Shown: piece by piece, positions 35,684 to 44,654 of the stretch
How positions within the stretch are numbered: the stretch's first letter is position 1
How the letters are laid out: each line of letters starts with the position of its first letter
Translations under genes and position numbers: made by a program
The notes under the pieces: generated by a model
What the model was told of the DNA's origin: nothing
The model's database searches: none
Seen by the model: only the letters and a program-made list of their open reading frames with translations
DNA from: a bacterium
GTDB taxonomy: Bacteria; Fidelibacterota; Marinisomatia; Marinisomatales; JAHJCW01
Assembly (NCBI GenBank): GCA_028282845.1
Contig: JANQGY010000015.1
Span: forward strand, 77,372-141,371
Direction: 5' to 3'
Length of the DNA: 64,000 nt

Positions 35684-36619
35684 TTAATGGGTGAAATTTA
35701 GTTCGATTCCCTCGAATTTCTTAAGCCTATATTTCTTACCCAAAGTAACGGCAATGCCGTCAAGCCGAATATCCTGTTGTATATTATTAGTACCAAGATA
35801 ATGATAAATAGCCTTTTCGAGTTTTTTGAGTTTGGGCATATCTATTTTTAATTCCGGTGAACCGATTTGTTCCTTGGCAAAGGTTTTTACCTCATTAAAA
35901 ATCAATATTCCATTTTTTTCTGAAATAATGTCAATCTCACCATAAGGATGACAGTTTTCATTCATCCCTATAATCCAATGTCCATCATTCATTAACCTGC
36001 ACGCTGCAAGTTGTTCTCCGACTTTCCCTATTCGTTTATTTTCCGCAAGCCACTTGATTGAAGGTAAGTTCTGTTTTACCGGTTTGAATGACTTGCGGTG
36101 GATTGGCGTCGCTTTGAATTTAATAAGCGTCTCGATATGACTTTTGGTACCATATCCTTTATGTTTGGCAAATTCAAATTCCGGAAATATTATGTCATAA
36201 TTCTGCATGATTCTATCACGTGTAACCTTAGCAATAATTGATGCTGCCATGATCTCTTTAACCTTAGTATCACCCTTAACAATGCCCTCATTCTTAATTA
36301 TTTGATTGGGCAGTTGATAGCCGTCAATTAAAGCTAAGCTTGGTTTTTGATTGAGCCTGCCAAGTGCCATTTGCATCGCTTTATGAGTAGCCGCAAGGAT
36401 ATTCAGTCGGTCGATTTCAGTTTCATTGATAATTCCAATCCCAACTGAACTTGCCGCTGACTGAATTTCTTCAAATAGTAATTCCCGTTTTTTAGGAGTC
36501 AATTTTTTGGAATCACGTAGTCCTTCAATTTCTGCACCGTCTAAAATAACGGCAGCAGCCACCACTGGACCCGCTAACGGGCCCCTACCCGCTTCATCCA
36601 CACCGGCTATTATCGCCAA
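35684..36619 (-). CDS. rnhB: Ribonuclease HII fused to a YraN-family (UPF0102) endonuclease-like domain
   Basis: The N-terminal IAGVDEAGRGPLAGPVV... is RNase HII through about aa 190. The C-terminal GKVGEQLAACRL...GEIDIISEKNGILIFNEVKT matches the YraN pattern. TTG start overlaps the comEC end. Confidence 0.88.
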   Translation of the reverse strand: MAIIAGVDEAGRGPLAGPVVAAAVILDGAEIEGLRDSKKLTPKKRELLFEEIQSAASSVGIGIINETEIDRLNILAATHKAMQMALGRLNQKPSLALIDGYQLPNQIIKNEGIVKGDTKVKEIMAASIIAKVTRDRIMQNYDIIFPEFEFAKHKGYGTKSHIETLIKFKATPIHRKSFKPVKQNLPSIKWLAENKRIGKVGEQLAACRLMNDGHWIIGMNENCHPYGEIDIISEKNGILIFNEVKTFAKEQIGSPELKIDMPKLKKLEKAIYHYLGTNNIQQDIRLDGIAVTLGKKYRLKKFEGIELNFTH

Positions 36620-38940
36620 TTCCTAACCTCAATATTTTTATTTGATGAATTTAGCCAAACGGCGCCTTCCACTTCTGTTAATATTATTTTGAGTGGACCT
36701 ATTTTTAATATTTCTTCGATAGTTGGATTGTGTTTACTAATCCTTCTTCCTGTAACAACCATTATATCAGGATCAATTGCATTGATCAAATCTTGCAATT
36801 CATCGGTCAACTTCTTTGGATAACTTATCTTTAATATATCTGATTTCAGGACGTCATTATTTTCTAATAGTAACCGACATTCCTCAGCAGTAAGTTGGTC
36901 CAATATTAAAAACGTATTATTCTTATTTGTCAATCTTAGGGCATAATTATTTTTAGCATTTGTAGCATGCAACGGTAACAAAAATTGAATATAAGTCTGC
37001 TCATCAATTTGTAAAACATCACCACGCACTATTCTATTGTATTCTATACCTTTAATATCTAATAGATTTACCAAATAACTATCAAAACTTGAAGTAGAGT
37101 CAAACCCCACATCCCAAAAATTATTTATTGGCATTTTTTCAGAGAGTTTAACAGTACCGACTTTGTAATTGCTATTACCATAGGGTCTTATAAAATGATC
37201 TAATTCTCTTATTTTTAAATATTTCAAAACCGGTAAAATAGTTCTGTCAATATTGTTTGAGAACATACTATGTACACCATTATTGATTAATACAGAACTA
37301 TTGTTATTCTTTATAATTGCTGATTCGTTAGTTCCAAGATCCAAGAAAACTATATCGAGTCCATCCTTTACCAAAACCTTTGGCCAAATTATTAGATTCA
37401 GCAAAATGCTGCCAAATATCAAAATTCTGCTAATCTGCCATTTTATAAGTGAAAATACAATCAGCAATATTGATATATAAACTGATAATGACAGTATATC
37501 GAATTGAGGAGTAGCTAATGATGCAAACGGAAATTTATCAAATAGCGCTATTGAATCATAAATTGTTTCCTTTACCAACCAACTCATTTGATCAAAAAAA
37601 TAGCTCAATGGTGGTATCCAGAAGAATAATAGTTTTATGAAGCCAAGTGCGACAAATATTCCAATCAAAGGTATTACAATCAGATTAGCTATCACGGCAA
37701 TTAACGGTATCCGATCAAAATAGTACGCCGTAATCGGAATAGTACCTATTTGGGCTGATAGAGATATTAAGAATAATGTCCAGAAAAAACGCGCTATATC
37801 ACTCTTAATGTTAGTTGGACGAAGGAACTCAGGAAGAATTTTGTTAAATATGGAATAGAAATATACTATTGAAATTACCGCTGTAAAACTTAGCTGAAAT
37901 CCAAGATCGTAGATTGAGTTAGGATCAAATATCAAAATTATAAATGCCGCACTTGCCACAATATTCCAAGCGTTCGCACGCCTATTAAATATGGGTGCCA
38001 TGATATACAGTCCGGCCATGATAGATGCTCTAACAACACTTGGACGACCTCCTGATATTAACGAAAATGCAATCAATCCCAGAATGATGGCAATTTTATC
38101 CCAGCCCCATCGTATCCGCAAGGTTCGAACAAGCACAATCAAGATCAACATGACATAACCCACGTGTAAACCGGATACTGCCAGCACATGTACAACGCCA
38201 ACATTGGCAAATGATTCCCGTAAATCCTGATCTATTTTTGTTCGGTCCCCGACAATTAAGGCTGAGAAAAGTGCAGCAGTCTCAACATCCGAGTAGGCTG
38301 TCAACTTTTTTCTTATTGTCTCTCTGAGTGAATTAAGTGAGGAATTGAATGACCAATTTATTCGAGGATAATGGTTAATGATCTCTTTGGAATAAATTCT
38401 GCCGACTACATGTTGATTATGATAATATTTTTTGAAATCAAATTCGCCGAGATTGCGTATTCTTCCATATAGTCCAAACTTCCCCTTACCAATAATTGTA
38501 TCACCTATTGCTACCGAATAATTCTCTGCAGGATAAACTATATATCTGAATTTGCTTTCTAAAGTTTCATTTTCAAACGTGATCAGTAGATTTTCCAATA
38601 CATATCTTTGTTCGGTTGAAAAAACAGTAATATCTTGAATGATTCCTTTATACACCACGTTTTGGCCATCAATTTTGTTAGCTTCAATTACGCTATTAGA
38701 AAATTCATGGTTTTTACTATAATGGACTGCGTATCCAATTATGATACTAAGTAGGAAAATGACTATATATGAATTTTTCCATTTCCACCTCATAATCAGG
38801 ATTGTAAGTATTCCAATTGGAATTAATACAGATGATACTGATATGGTGAAATATTTTTCTGATAATAAACCGATTATAATTCCAATTACAATATGTGCCA
38901 TTGGAATTTGTTTCAACACGTCTTTAAGATTAGTTTTCAT
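36610..38940 (-). CDS. comEC: ComEC/Rec2-family DNA internalisation protein
   Basis: 776 aa with an N-terminal OB-like region, a polytopic competence domain (VHVLAVSGLHVG) and a C-terminal metallo-beta-lactamase-like region. Confidence 0.88.
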   Translation of the reverse strand: MKTNLKDVLKQIPMAHIVIGIIIGLLSEKYFTISVSSVLIPIGILTILIMRWKWKNSYIVIFLLSIIIGYAVHYSKNHEFSNSVIEANKIDGQNVVYKGIIQDITVFSTEQRYVLENLLITFENETLESKFRYIVYPAENYSVAIGDTIIGKGKFGLYGRIRNLGEFDFKKYYHNQHVVGRIYSKEIINHYPRINWSFNSSLNSLRETIRKKLTAYSDVETAALFSALIVGDRTKIDQDLRESFANVGVVHVLAVSGLHVGYVMLILIVLVRTLRIRWGWDKIAIILGLIAFSLISGGRPSVVRASIMAGLYIMAPIFNRRANAWNIVASAAFIILIFDPNSIYDLGFQLSFTAVISIVYFYSIFNKILPEFLRPTNIKSDIARFFWTLFLISLSAQIGTIPITAYYFDRIPLIAVIANLIVIPLIGIFVALGFIKLLFFWIPPLSYFFDQMSWLVKETIYDSIALFDKFPFASLATPQFDILSLSVYISILLIVFSLIKWQISRILIFGSILLNLIIWPKVLVKDGLDIVFLDLGTNESAIIKNNNSSVLINNGVHSMFSNNIDRTILPVLKYLKIRELDHFIRPYGNSNYKVGTVKLSEKMPINNFWDVGFDSTSSFDSYLVNLLDIKGIEYNRIVRGDVLQIDEQTYIQFLLPLHATNAKNNYALRLTNKNNTFLILDQLTAEECRLLLENNDVLKSDILKISYPKKLTDELQDLINAIDPDIMVVTGRRISKHNPTIEEILKIGPLKIILTEVEGAVWLNSSNKNIEVRNWR

Positions 38941-39102
38941 ATTGTGTGTAATTCATAATATTCAAACTTAGTAATTCTGTATTTTTAGAGAACAGCAAAC
39001 TAAAACATCAAAATCATATTACCATTATTGGATAAAGCTGTCGTAATTTAAGAAATAATTATACCTACCTAATGATTAATCTAAAAATACAAGGAATTAA
39101 AT

Positions 39103-39243
39103 ATGATCACATTCAGTGAACGACAATTACAAATCCCAAAGATGAGCAAGCCGGTTTATTTGGTGATAGGTGGTATGTTAAAATTTGGCAGCACCTACAC
39201 TCCGGCGATAAACCGGTTCAAATTTAAGCAGAAGGAGGCGTGA
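39103..39243 (+). CDS. Possible 46-aa upstream ORF coupled to the thiolase-like gene
   Basis: Hand translation: MITFSERQLQIPKMSKPVYLVIGGMLKFGSTYTPAINRFKFKQKEA. The stop TGA overlaps ATG 39243 (TGATG). Coding status is uncertain. Confidence 0.25.
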   Translation: MITFSERQLQIPKMSKPVYLVIGGMLKFGSTYTPAINRFKFKQKEA

Positions 39244-40349
39244 TGAATGTCGCAATCTTAGGAGTTGGATTTTGTGGATCCTTTCCAAAATCGGATGGGT
39301 TATCTTATCGAGAATTAATTCGTAGAGCAGCTACTCAAGCTTACGCGGATGCCGGCATAGAAGCCGCTGAGCTTGAAGGCGCTGTATCTTGCGAAGAAGA
39401 CTTCATCTCAGGCTATTCCATCTCCGACGAATATGTTCCCGATCAATTAGGTGTACAGATGAAATCCGTTTACACCATCTGCGGTGATTTTTTGCATGGA
39501 CTCTCCTCTGCTACAATGCAACTCAAGACCGGTCGTTTCAAACTTTTGGCTGTCGAGTCGTATTGTAAAGCCAGCAATATCCTCAATAAGGATGAAGTAT
39601 TAAACTTTGCATACGATCCTGTGTGGAATCGTTTTGATGTTACGCCCAATTATTTAGCAGGCATTGAAATGCAACAATTCCTCGAACGTTCCGAGTATTC
39701 CGCCGACGATGTGGCGAATGTTGTCACCGACGCCAAGGCTAAGGGTCTATCCAATAGTTTGGCACCCTACGGATCGCATCTGCCCAAGAATGAAATTCTT
39801 GACGGTCGGTCGGTAGCCAGTCCAGTGACAGAGGCTATGATTGCTAAACCGGCCGATGCTGCTGTCGTCTTCGTTCTTGGAACGCAAGAAGCGAATATTA
39901 AAAAAGCCCGCAAACCAGTCTTTATTTCAGGTACCGGATGGAGTTCAGGCAATTCTGTTCTAGAACGCCGTGATCATGCGACCTCTACAGGTACAGTTGA
40001 TGCAGCAAAAATGGCTTTTTTGGAAGCAGGCGTTTCAGATCCGAAGAAAGACTTGGATGCTATTTATGTTTCAGACTTATACGCCCACCGTGCTCTTATT
40101 CATTTAGAGGCAATGGGAATTAAAGGTGGCTTGAACGAAAAAATTAATCCTGATGGTGGCTCAATATCAACAGGTGATCTTATTGAAGCAAACGGTGGAG
40201 CCCGACTTTACGATGCTGTCCTTCAACTTCGAGGTGAAGCCGGTAGCCACCAACTACCCAATGTTAAACGTGCCGCTGCACAAGGATGGAGAGGACTTCC
40301 CACTGATTCCTGTGCTGTTGTAGTAATTGATCAAGAAAGGAGGAGCTAA
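39243..40349 (+). CDS. Thiolase-like (SCP-x/nsLTP type) protein, subunit 1
   Basis: MNVAILGVGF... and C-terminal INPDGGSISTGDLIEANGGARLYDAVLQLRGEAG follow the SCP-x thiolase layout. AAGGAGG lies 4 nt upstream of ATG 39243. Confidence 0.85.
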   Translation: MNVAILGVGFCGSFPKSDGLSYRELIRRAATQAYADAGIEAAELEGAVSCEEDFISGYSISDEYVPDQLGVQMKSVYTICGDFLHGLSSATMQLKTGRFKLLAVESYCKASNILNKDEVLNFAYDPVWNRFDVTPNYLAGIEMQQFLERSEYSADDVANVVTDAKAKGLSNSLAPYGSHLPKNEILDGRSVASPVTEAMIAKPADAAVVFVLGTQEANIKKARKPVFISGTGWSSGNSVLERRDHATSTGTVDAAKMAFLEAGVSDPKKDLDAIYVSDLYAHRALIHLEAMGIKGGLNEKINPDGGSISTGDLIEANGGARLYDAVLQLRGEAGSHQLPNVKRAAAQGWRGLPTDSCAVVVIDQERRS

Positions 40350-40351
40350 TC

Positions 40352-42547
40352 ATGAGTTCAGCTAATCGAGTAGGTGTTATTGGTGCGGGAATGACTCGTT
40401 TCGTCCGTCGGGCGAAAGAAGCTCCCGGAGAATTAGCGGCAAAAGCCGTAGAAATGGCTTTGAAAGATGCCGGATTAACCATCAACGACATTGATGCCGT
40501 TATTCATGGAACGGCTCCTGACGCGTTTGATGGCGTGCACATGAAAGGTGAACATTTGATCGCCGGTTCAGGTGGCGTCAACAAGCCGTACATGCGACAT
40601 TTCGTGGGCGGTGGAACAGGTGTATTCAGCCCCATTCATGGTTGGATGCATGTTGCTTCCGGCAAATTCAAGACTTGCTTGGTTGTTTGTGAAGAAAAGA
40701 TGTCTCCCTGTGTGCCCCACCCGGCTGGCGCATTCCTGACAATCTTTGATCATACGACGGAACAACCACTAAAGCTTACATTGCTTCATATTTTTGCCAT
40801 CGAGATGTGCCGCTTCATGCACAAGTATGGCTACACGGAAGAAGAACTTGCACGCATTTCGGTAATCAGTAAAAAGAATGCGCTCGGCCATCCTGCCGCG
40901 CAGGTTGCGAAAGAGACTAGCGTGGAAGAAGTTATGGCCTCCCCTGTCCTTTCATGGCCTGTCAAACGTTTGGACATCAGCCCGACCTCAGATGGTGCGG
41001 TTGCAATCGTATTAGCAAATGAAGAAGTCACGCGCAAGCATTGCAAAGCTCCTGCATATATTGACGGTGTTGGTTTCCGTCTGGATACAGCTTACTGGTG
41101 CACACGTGACTTAGCCTATCCCGAATACGTTGCCAGAGCGGCCGGCGATGCATATAAGATGGCGGGAATATCAAACCCGGAAAAAGAAATTGACTTCTGG
41201 GAACCCTACGATCCCTTTGATTACAAAGCCCTTCATCATATGAATGGCTTGCTCCAGGATCCCACCGGAAAGAGAGTGAAAGAACTCCTGCTTTCAGGCG
41301 CATTTGAAAAGGATGGTTCTCATCCAATCTGCCCATCTGGCGGAGCCTTGGGTGTAGGTAACCCGATTGCAGCCACCGGTCTCATGAAGATTGCCGAGCT
41401 TTACTTCCAATTGACCGGCCAAGCCGGTGCGCGGCAGTTAAAGGGAGACCTCCAACGCGGTATCGCCCAAGCCTGGGGTGATCTCATGCAAGTAGGTACG
41501 GTCGTAATTATGAACGCCGACAAAGGAACGGTCTCCAAATCAACGCTATGGAAGGAAATGACAAAAGAAAATCTTCCCGGTGGAACGCCTATTAAAGACG
41601 TAAAAGAAGTTCCGTATGTCGATTACAAGCCTGAAATCAATTATTCTTGGGATAACGGCATGGCTCTAACAACATACTTAGAAGGTTTCAAAGCTGGAAA
41701 GATTAGGGGAAGTAAATGCCCATCATGTGGACGCATGATGATTCCGGCTCGCGCTTTCTGTGAAGTTTGTAACTTAAAAGAAGTCACGGACTACTACGAT
41801 CTTCCCGATACTGGTACGGTCAAAACCTTCACCCTTTCAAATGTGGATTGGGACTCATCAATGCTAGGAGATGGCAAAGTGAACATCTTTGCCGTGATAG
41901 AGATTGATGGTACGCAAGAAAATATGGGACTTGTCCATCGCATAAAAGATGTTGATCCAAAAGACGTGAAAGTCGGCATGCGCGTGAAAGCCGTATGGAA
42001 ACCGGAAGAAGAACGCACGGGCAACGTCATGGATCTGGATTATTTCCGTCCCCTCAAGGATGGAGATGCCACCGACGTCGCACCAACACGTATCAAACCG
42101 GTGGAACTTAACCCGGTGACAGCGAAATCACATCCGGGGAGAATTCCCTTGGACTATCGTTACACGGCCGGAATAGCGGGAATCAAATTTTATGAGGATT
42201 TGGCCCAAGGTAAACTTACCGGAACTTTGAGCGACGATGGCAAAACGATTCACATACCTCCCACACAATTCGATGAAAGGAAAATGTGCAGCATGGATGT
42301 GATCGCTAATGCCAAAGAGATTGATCCCAAGAGTGGAAAAATTGTAGGCTACACTATAGTGACGGAAAATCGCCAAGGCGAAGAATTAGCTAAACCGCAA
42401 GTGATCGTACAAGTGGGTTTCGATGGAGTGCACGGCACAATCTTCGGCAAATTGGAAACTGACAATCCTGAGGGCGTCAAGACCGGCTTGAACGTGGCTC
42501 TACAGCCGACGAAAGAATGCGGACCTAACTACGTGCTTTTTAAATAG
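40352..42547 (+). CDS. Thiolase-like domain fused to two DUF35 (zinc-ribbon/OB-fold) domains, subunit 2
   Basis: Residues 1 to about 390 are thiolase-like (VGVIGAGMTRF, CPSGGALGVGNPIAATG, QLTGQAG). They are followed by CPSCGRMMIPARAFCEVC plus an OB fold (DUF35), then a second DUF35-like OB region without the Cys ribbon. Confidence 0.85.
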   Translation: MSSANRVGVIGAGMTRFVRRAKEAPGELAAKAVEMALKDAGLTINDIDAVIHGTAPDAFDGVHMKGEHLIAGSGGVNKPYMRHFVGGGTGVFSPIHGWMHVASGKFKTCLVVCEEKMSPCVPHPAGAFLTIFDHTTEQPLKLTLLHIFAIEMCRFMHKYGYTEEELARISVISKKNALGHPAAQVAKETSVEEVMASPVLSWPVKRLDISPTSDGAVAIVLANEEVTRKHCKAPAYIDGVGFRLDTAYWCTRDLAYPEYVARAAGDAYKMAGISNPEKEIDFWEPYDPFDYKALHHMNGLLQDPTGKRVKELLLSGAFEKDGSHPICPSGGALGVGNPIAATGLMKIAELYFQLTGQAGARQLKGDLQRGIAQAWGDLMQVGTVVIMNADKGTVSKSTLWKEMTKENLPGGTPIKDVKEVPYVDYKPEINYSWDNGMALTTYLEGFKAGKIRGSKCPSCGRMMIPARAFCEVCNLKEVTDYYDLPDTGTVKTFTLSNVDWDSSMLGDGKVNIFAVIEIDGTQENMGLVHRIKDVDPKDVKVGMRVKAVWKPEEERTGNVMDLDYFRPLKDGDATDVAPTRIKPVELNPVTAKSHPGRIPLDYRYTAGIAGIKFYEDLAQGKLTGTLSDDGKTIHIPPTQFDERKMCSMDVIANAKEIDPKSGKIVGYTIVTENRQGEELAKPQVIVQVGFDGVHGTIFGKLETDNPEGVKTGLNVALQPTKECGPNYVLFK

Positions 42548-42754
42548 ATCGTAAATAAAGGAACTATTGAGTACATTCGCTCCTTGTGGGTGAATGTACT
42601 CGAGTATCCGAAAGGCGGCTGTGTGAGCAATATTTCAAACGAAAAATCCAACCTATACAATTAGATATCTTGATTCGATTCCTGAATATTCTGATACCTA
42701 TTAACTGCCTGAAGGATTTTTATTTGAATAATTTACCAATATATTCTAATATAG

Positions 42755-42782
42755 GTGCCTCGAAAATTTTGAGGCGCTTTTT
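42755..42782 (+). terminator. Rho-independent terminator about 200 nt downstream of the thiolase operon
   Basis: GTGCCTC-GAAAATTTT-GAGGCGC followed by TTTTT. Confidence 0.55.
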
Positions 42783-42791
42783 ATTAAATTT

Positions 42792-43478
42792 ATGGATCAT
42801 AGCTTAGCAAAAAACGGAGATAACCAACTCATTATATTGCGCTTGACTTGCGTAATAATCTTCGCAATTGCGATGGGAATATTGGAAGCTATTTGCGTTG
42901 TTTATATTCGACAAATAATTTTCCCGCCCGATGGCATTATCACTTCAACACCAAGCGCTAATTTTAATTTCTCTTACGAGATAATCCGTGAATTAATGAC
43001 AATAATCATGCTGACTACAGTAGCTATGATATCTGCCTATAATTGGCGAACCAGACTCGCAATGTTCTTTTTAGCTTTTGGCACCTGGGATATTCTCTAC
43101 TATATCGGACTAAAAATATTTTTGAATTGGCCTGCCAACATCATGGAATGGGATACACTATTTTTGATACCAATCGCCTGGTACAGTCCGGTCATCGTGC
43201 CCGTATTAATAAGTGTTTACTTCATTGCAGGCAGTATTTTTATCATTACCCATGAAGGCAACGGCACTAAACTTAAATTCACTCCAATGGTCATTATTTT
43301 ACAACTAATTGCATTTTGTATATGGTTATTTACGTTTATGAATAATACATCGCAGATTACTGAATTTGGCTACACTGATGTAAAATATTCATGGATTCTA
43401 TTTAATGTTGCTTTGCTATTTGGTATTGCAAGTTTACGTTTATCTTTAACAAAATCTACAAAAGTTGACAATGTCTAA
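42792..43478 (+). CDS. Polytopic membrane protein (hypothetical)
   Basis: 228 aa with about 6 hydrophobic helices. ATG start. Confidence 0.65.
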   Translation: MDHSLAKNGDNQLIILRLTCVIIFAIAMGILEAICVVYIRQIIFPPDGIITSTPSANFNFSYEIIRELMTIIMLTTVAMISAYNWRTRLAMFFLAFGTWDILYYIGLKIFLNWPANIMEWDTLFLIPIAWYSPVIVPVLISVYFIAGSIFIITHEGNGTKLKFTPMVIILQLIAFCIWLFTFMNNTSQITEFGYTDVKYSWILFNVALLFGIASLRLSLTKSTKVDNV

Positions 43479-44595
43479 ATCAATTGGTATTCTAACAGCC
43501 GGTGGAGATAGTCCCGGTTTGAACGCTGCGATTCGAGCGATCGGTAAAACGGCGGAAAAAACCTATAATATGAATGTTATCGGATTTCGCGATGGTTTCA
43601 GAGGATTAATGGAAAATAGATTTGTCAGACTTCATAGTCAGGAACTATCGGGAATTCTTACGCATGGCGGTACTATTCTTGGCGCTAACCGTGATAAACC
43701 GCACAAAATGCCGGTTGGCGATAAAATTTTAGATATGACCGATGTACTGGCACAAACTTATCATAAGCATCATCTTGATGCCTTAATTTGTATCGGGGGT
43801 GGTGGCACGCAAAAAAATGCCTATAGATTATTGAGAAAAGGATTGAATATTGTTACTCTTCCTAAAACTATTGATAATGATGTTTTCGGTACGGATTTTA
43901 CATTTGGCTTTGACACTGCCATGGGCATTGCAACTGCGGCAATTGACCGCCTGCACAGCACCGCGCACAGCCATCATCGAATTATCGTGGTTGAAATAAT
44001 GGGACATAATACCGGTTGGCTTACCCTCGGAGCGGGTTTAGCCGGCGGAGCTGATGTGATACTAACTCCTGAGATTCCCTACGACAGCGACATAATCGCT
44101 GCTGCGATAAAAAACAGACGGAAAGAAGGTAAAAATTTCAGCATCGTTGCGATAGCTGAAGGCGCCGTTACTAATAAATCAGCTAAAAAACTAACTGCTG
44201 TTCAACAGAAATATGAATCAGCCTCCAATAAAGATGACAAGGAAAATCTTAGAGTAGAATACAAATTAATCGAGAAAAAAGTTACAGGACAAACCATGAA
44301 ATTATCCTCAAAGCTTGAAGAGTTAACCGGATTGGAATCGCGCGTAACTATTTTAGGACATGTCCAAAGAGGCGGCACACCCTCGGCTTATGATCGAGCG
44401 CTCGCAACACAGCTTGGCACTGCGTGCGTTGATCTTATTGAACAGGAACAATACGGTATCATGGTTGCTTTAAATAATGGCAAAGCCGAGCCAATTCCCT
44501 TAAAGGATATTGTCGGAATTAGAAAAACGATTCCCTTAGATCATCCATGGATTGTGAGCGCACGAGAGATCGGTGTCTGTTTAGGGGATGAATAA
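43471..44595 (+). CDS. pfkA: 6-phosphofructokinase (phosphoryl donor not resolved)
   Basis: It has [26 protein letters not shown] and GHVQRGG. ATG 43471 is used because the track start is TTG. Confidence 0.92.
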   Translation: MSKSIGILTAGGDSPGLNAAIRAIGKTAEKTYNMNVIGFRDGFRGLMENRFVRLHSQELSGILTHGGTILGANRDKPHKMPVGDKILDMTDVLAQTYHKHHLDALICIGGGGTQKNAYRLLRKGLNIVTLPKTIDNDVFGTDFTFGFDTAMGIATAAIDRLHSTAHSHHRIIVVEIMGHNTGWLTLGAGLAGGADVILTPEIPYDSDIIAAAIKNRRKEGKNFSIVAIAEGAVTNKSAKKLTAVQQKYESASNKDDKENLRVEYKLIEKKVTGQTMKLSSKLEELTGLESRVTILGHVQRGGTPSAYDRALATQLGTACVDLIEQEQYGIMVALNNGKAEPIPLKDIVGIRKTIPLDHPWIVSAREIGVCLGDE

Positions 44596-44611
44596 GAGTA
44601 TATTTTTCAAT

Positions 44612-44640
44612 AAAAAAGGCTCAGATAACTGAGCCTTTTT
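44612..44640. terminator. Bidirectional Rho-independent terminator between convergent genes
   Basis: AAAAAA-GGCTCAG-ATAA-CTGAGCC-TTTTT. Confidence 0.75.
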
Positions 44641-44654
44641 GTATAGTTTAAAAT

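Noticed and set aside
39243-42547. Calling the thiolase-like operon a recent horizontal acquisition because it looks more GC-rich than its neighbours
   Set aside because: Other conserved genes in the window (pfk, gpsA, pnp, the ligase gene) look similarly enriched in G+C relative to membrane and hypothetical genes. The contrast is therefore not specific. No exact GC values were computed.
43471-44595. Assigning the PFK as PPi-dependent from the PKTIDND lysine
   Set aside because: The other diagnostic position lies in GGGGT rather than the GGDD(S/T) expected for PPi enzymes. The signals are mixed and my manual alignment is not reliable enough, so donor specificity is left open.
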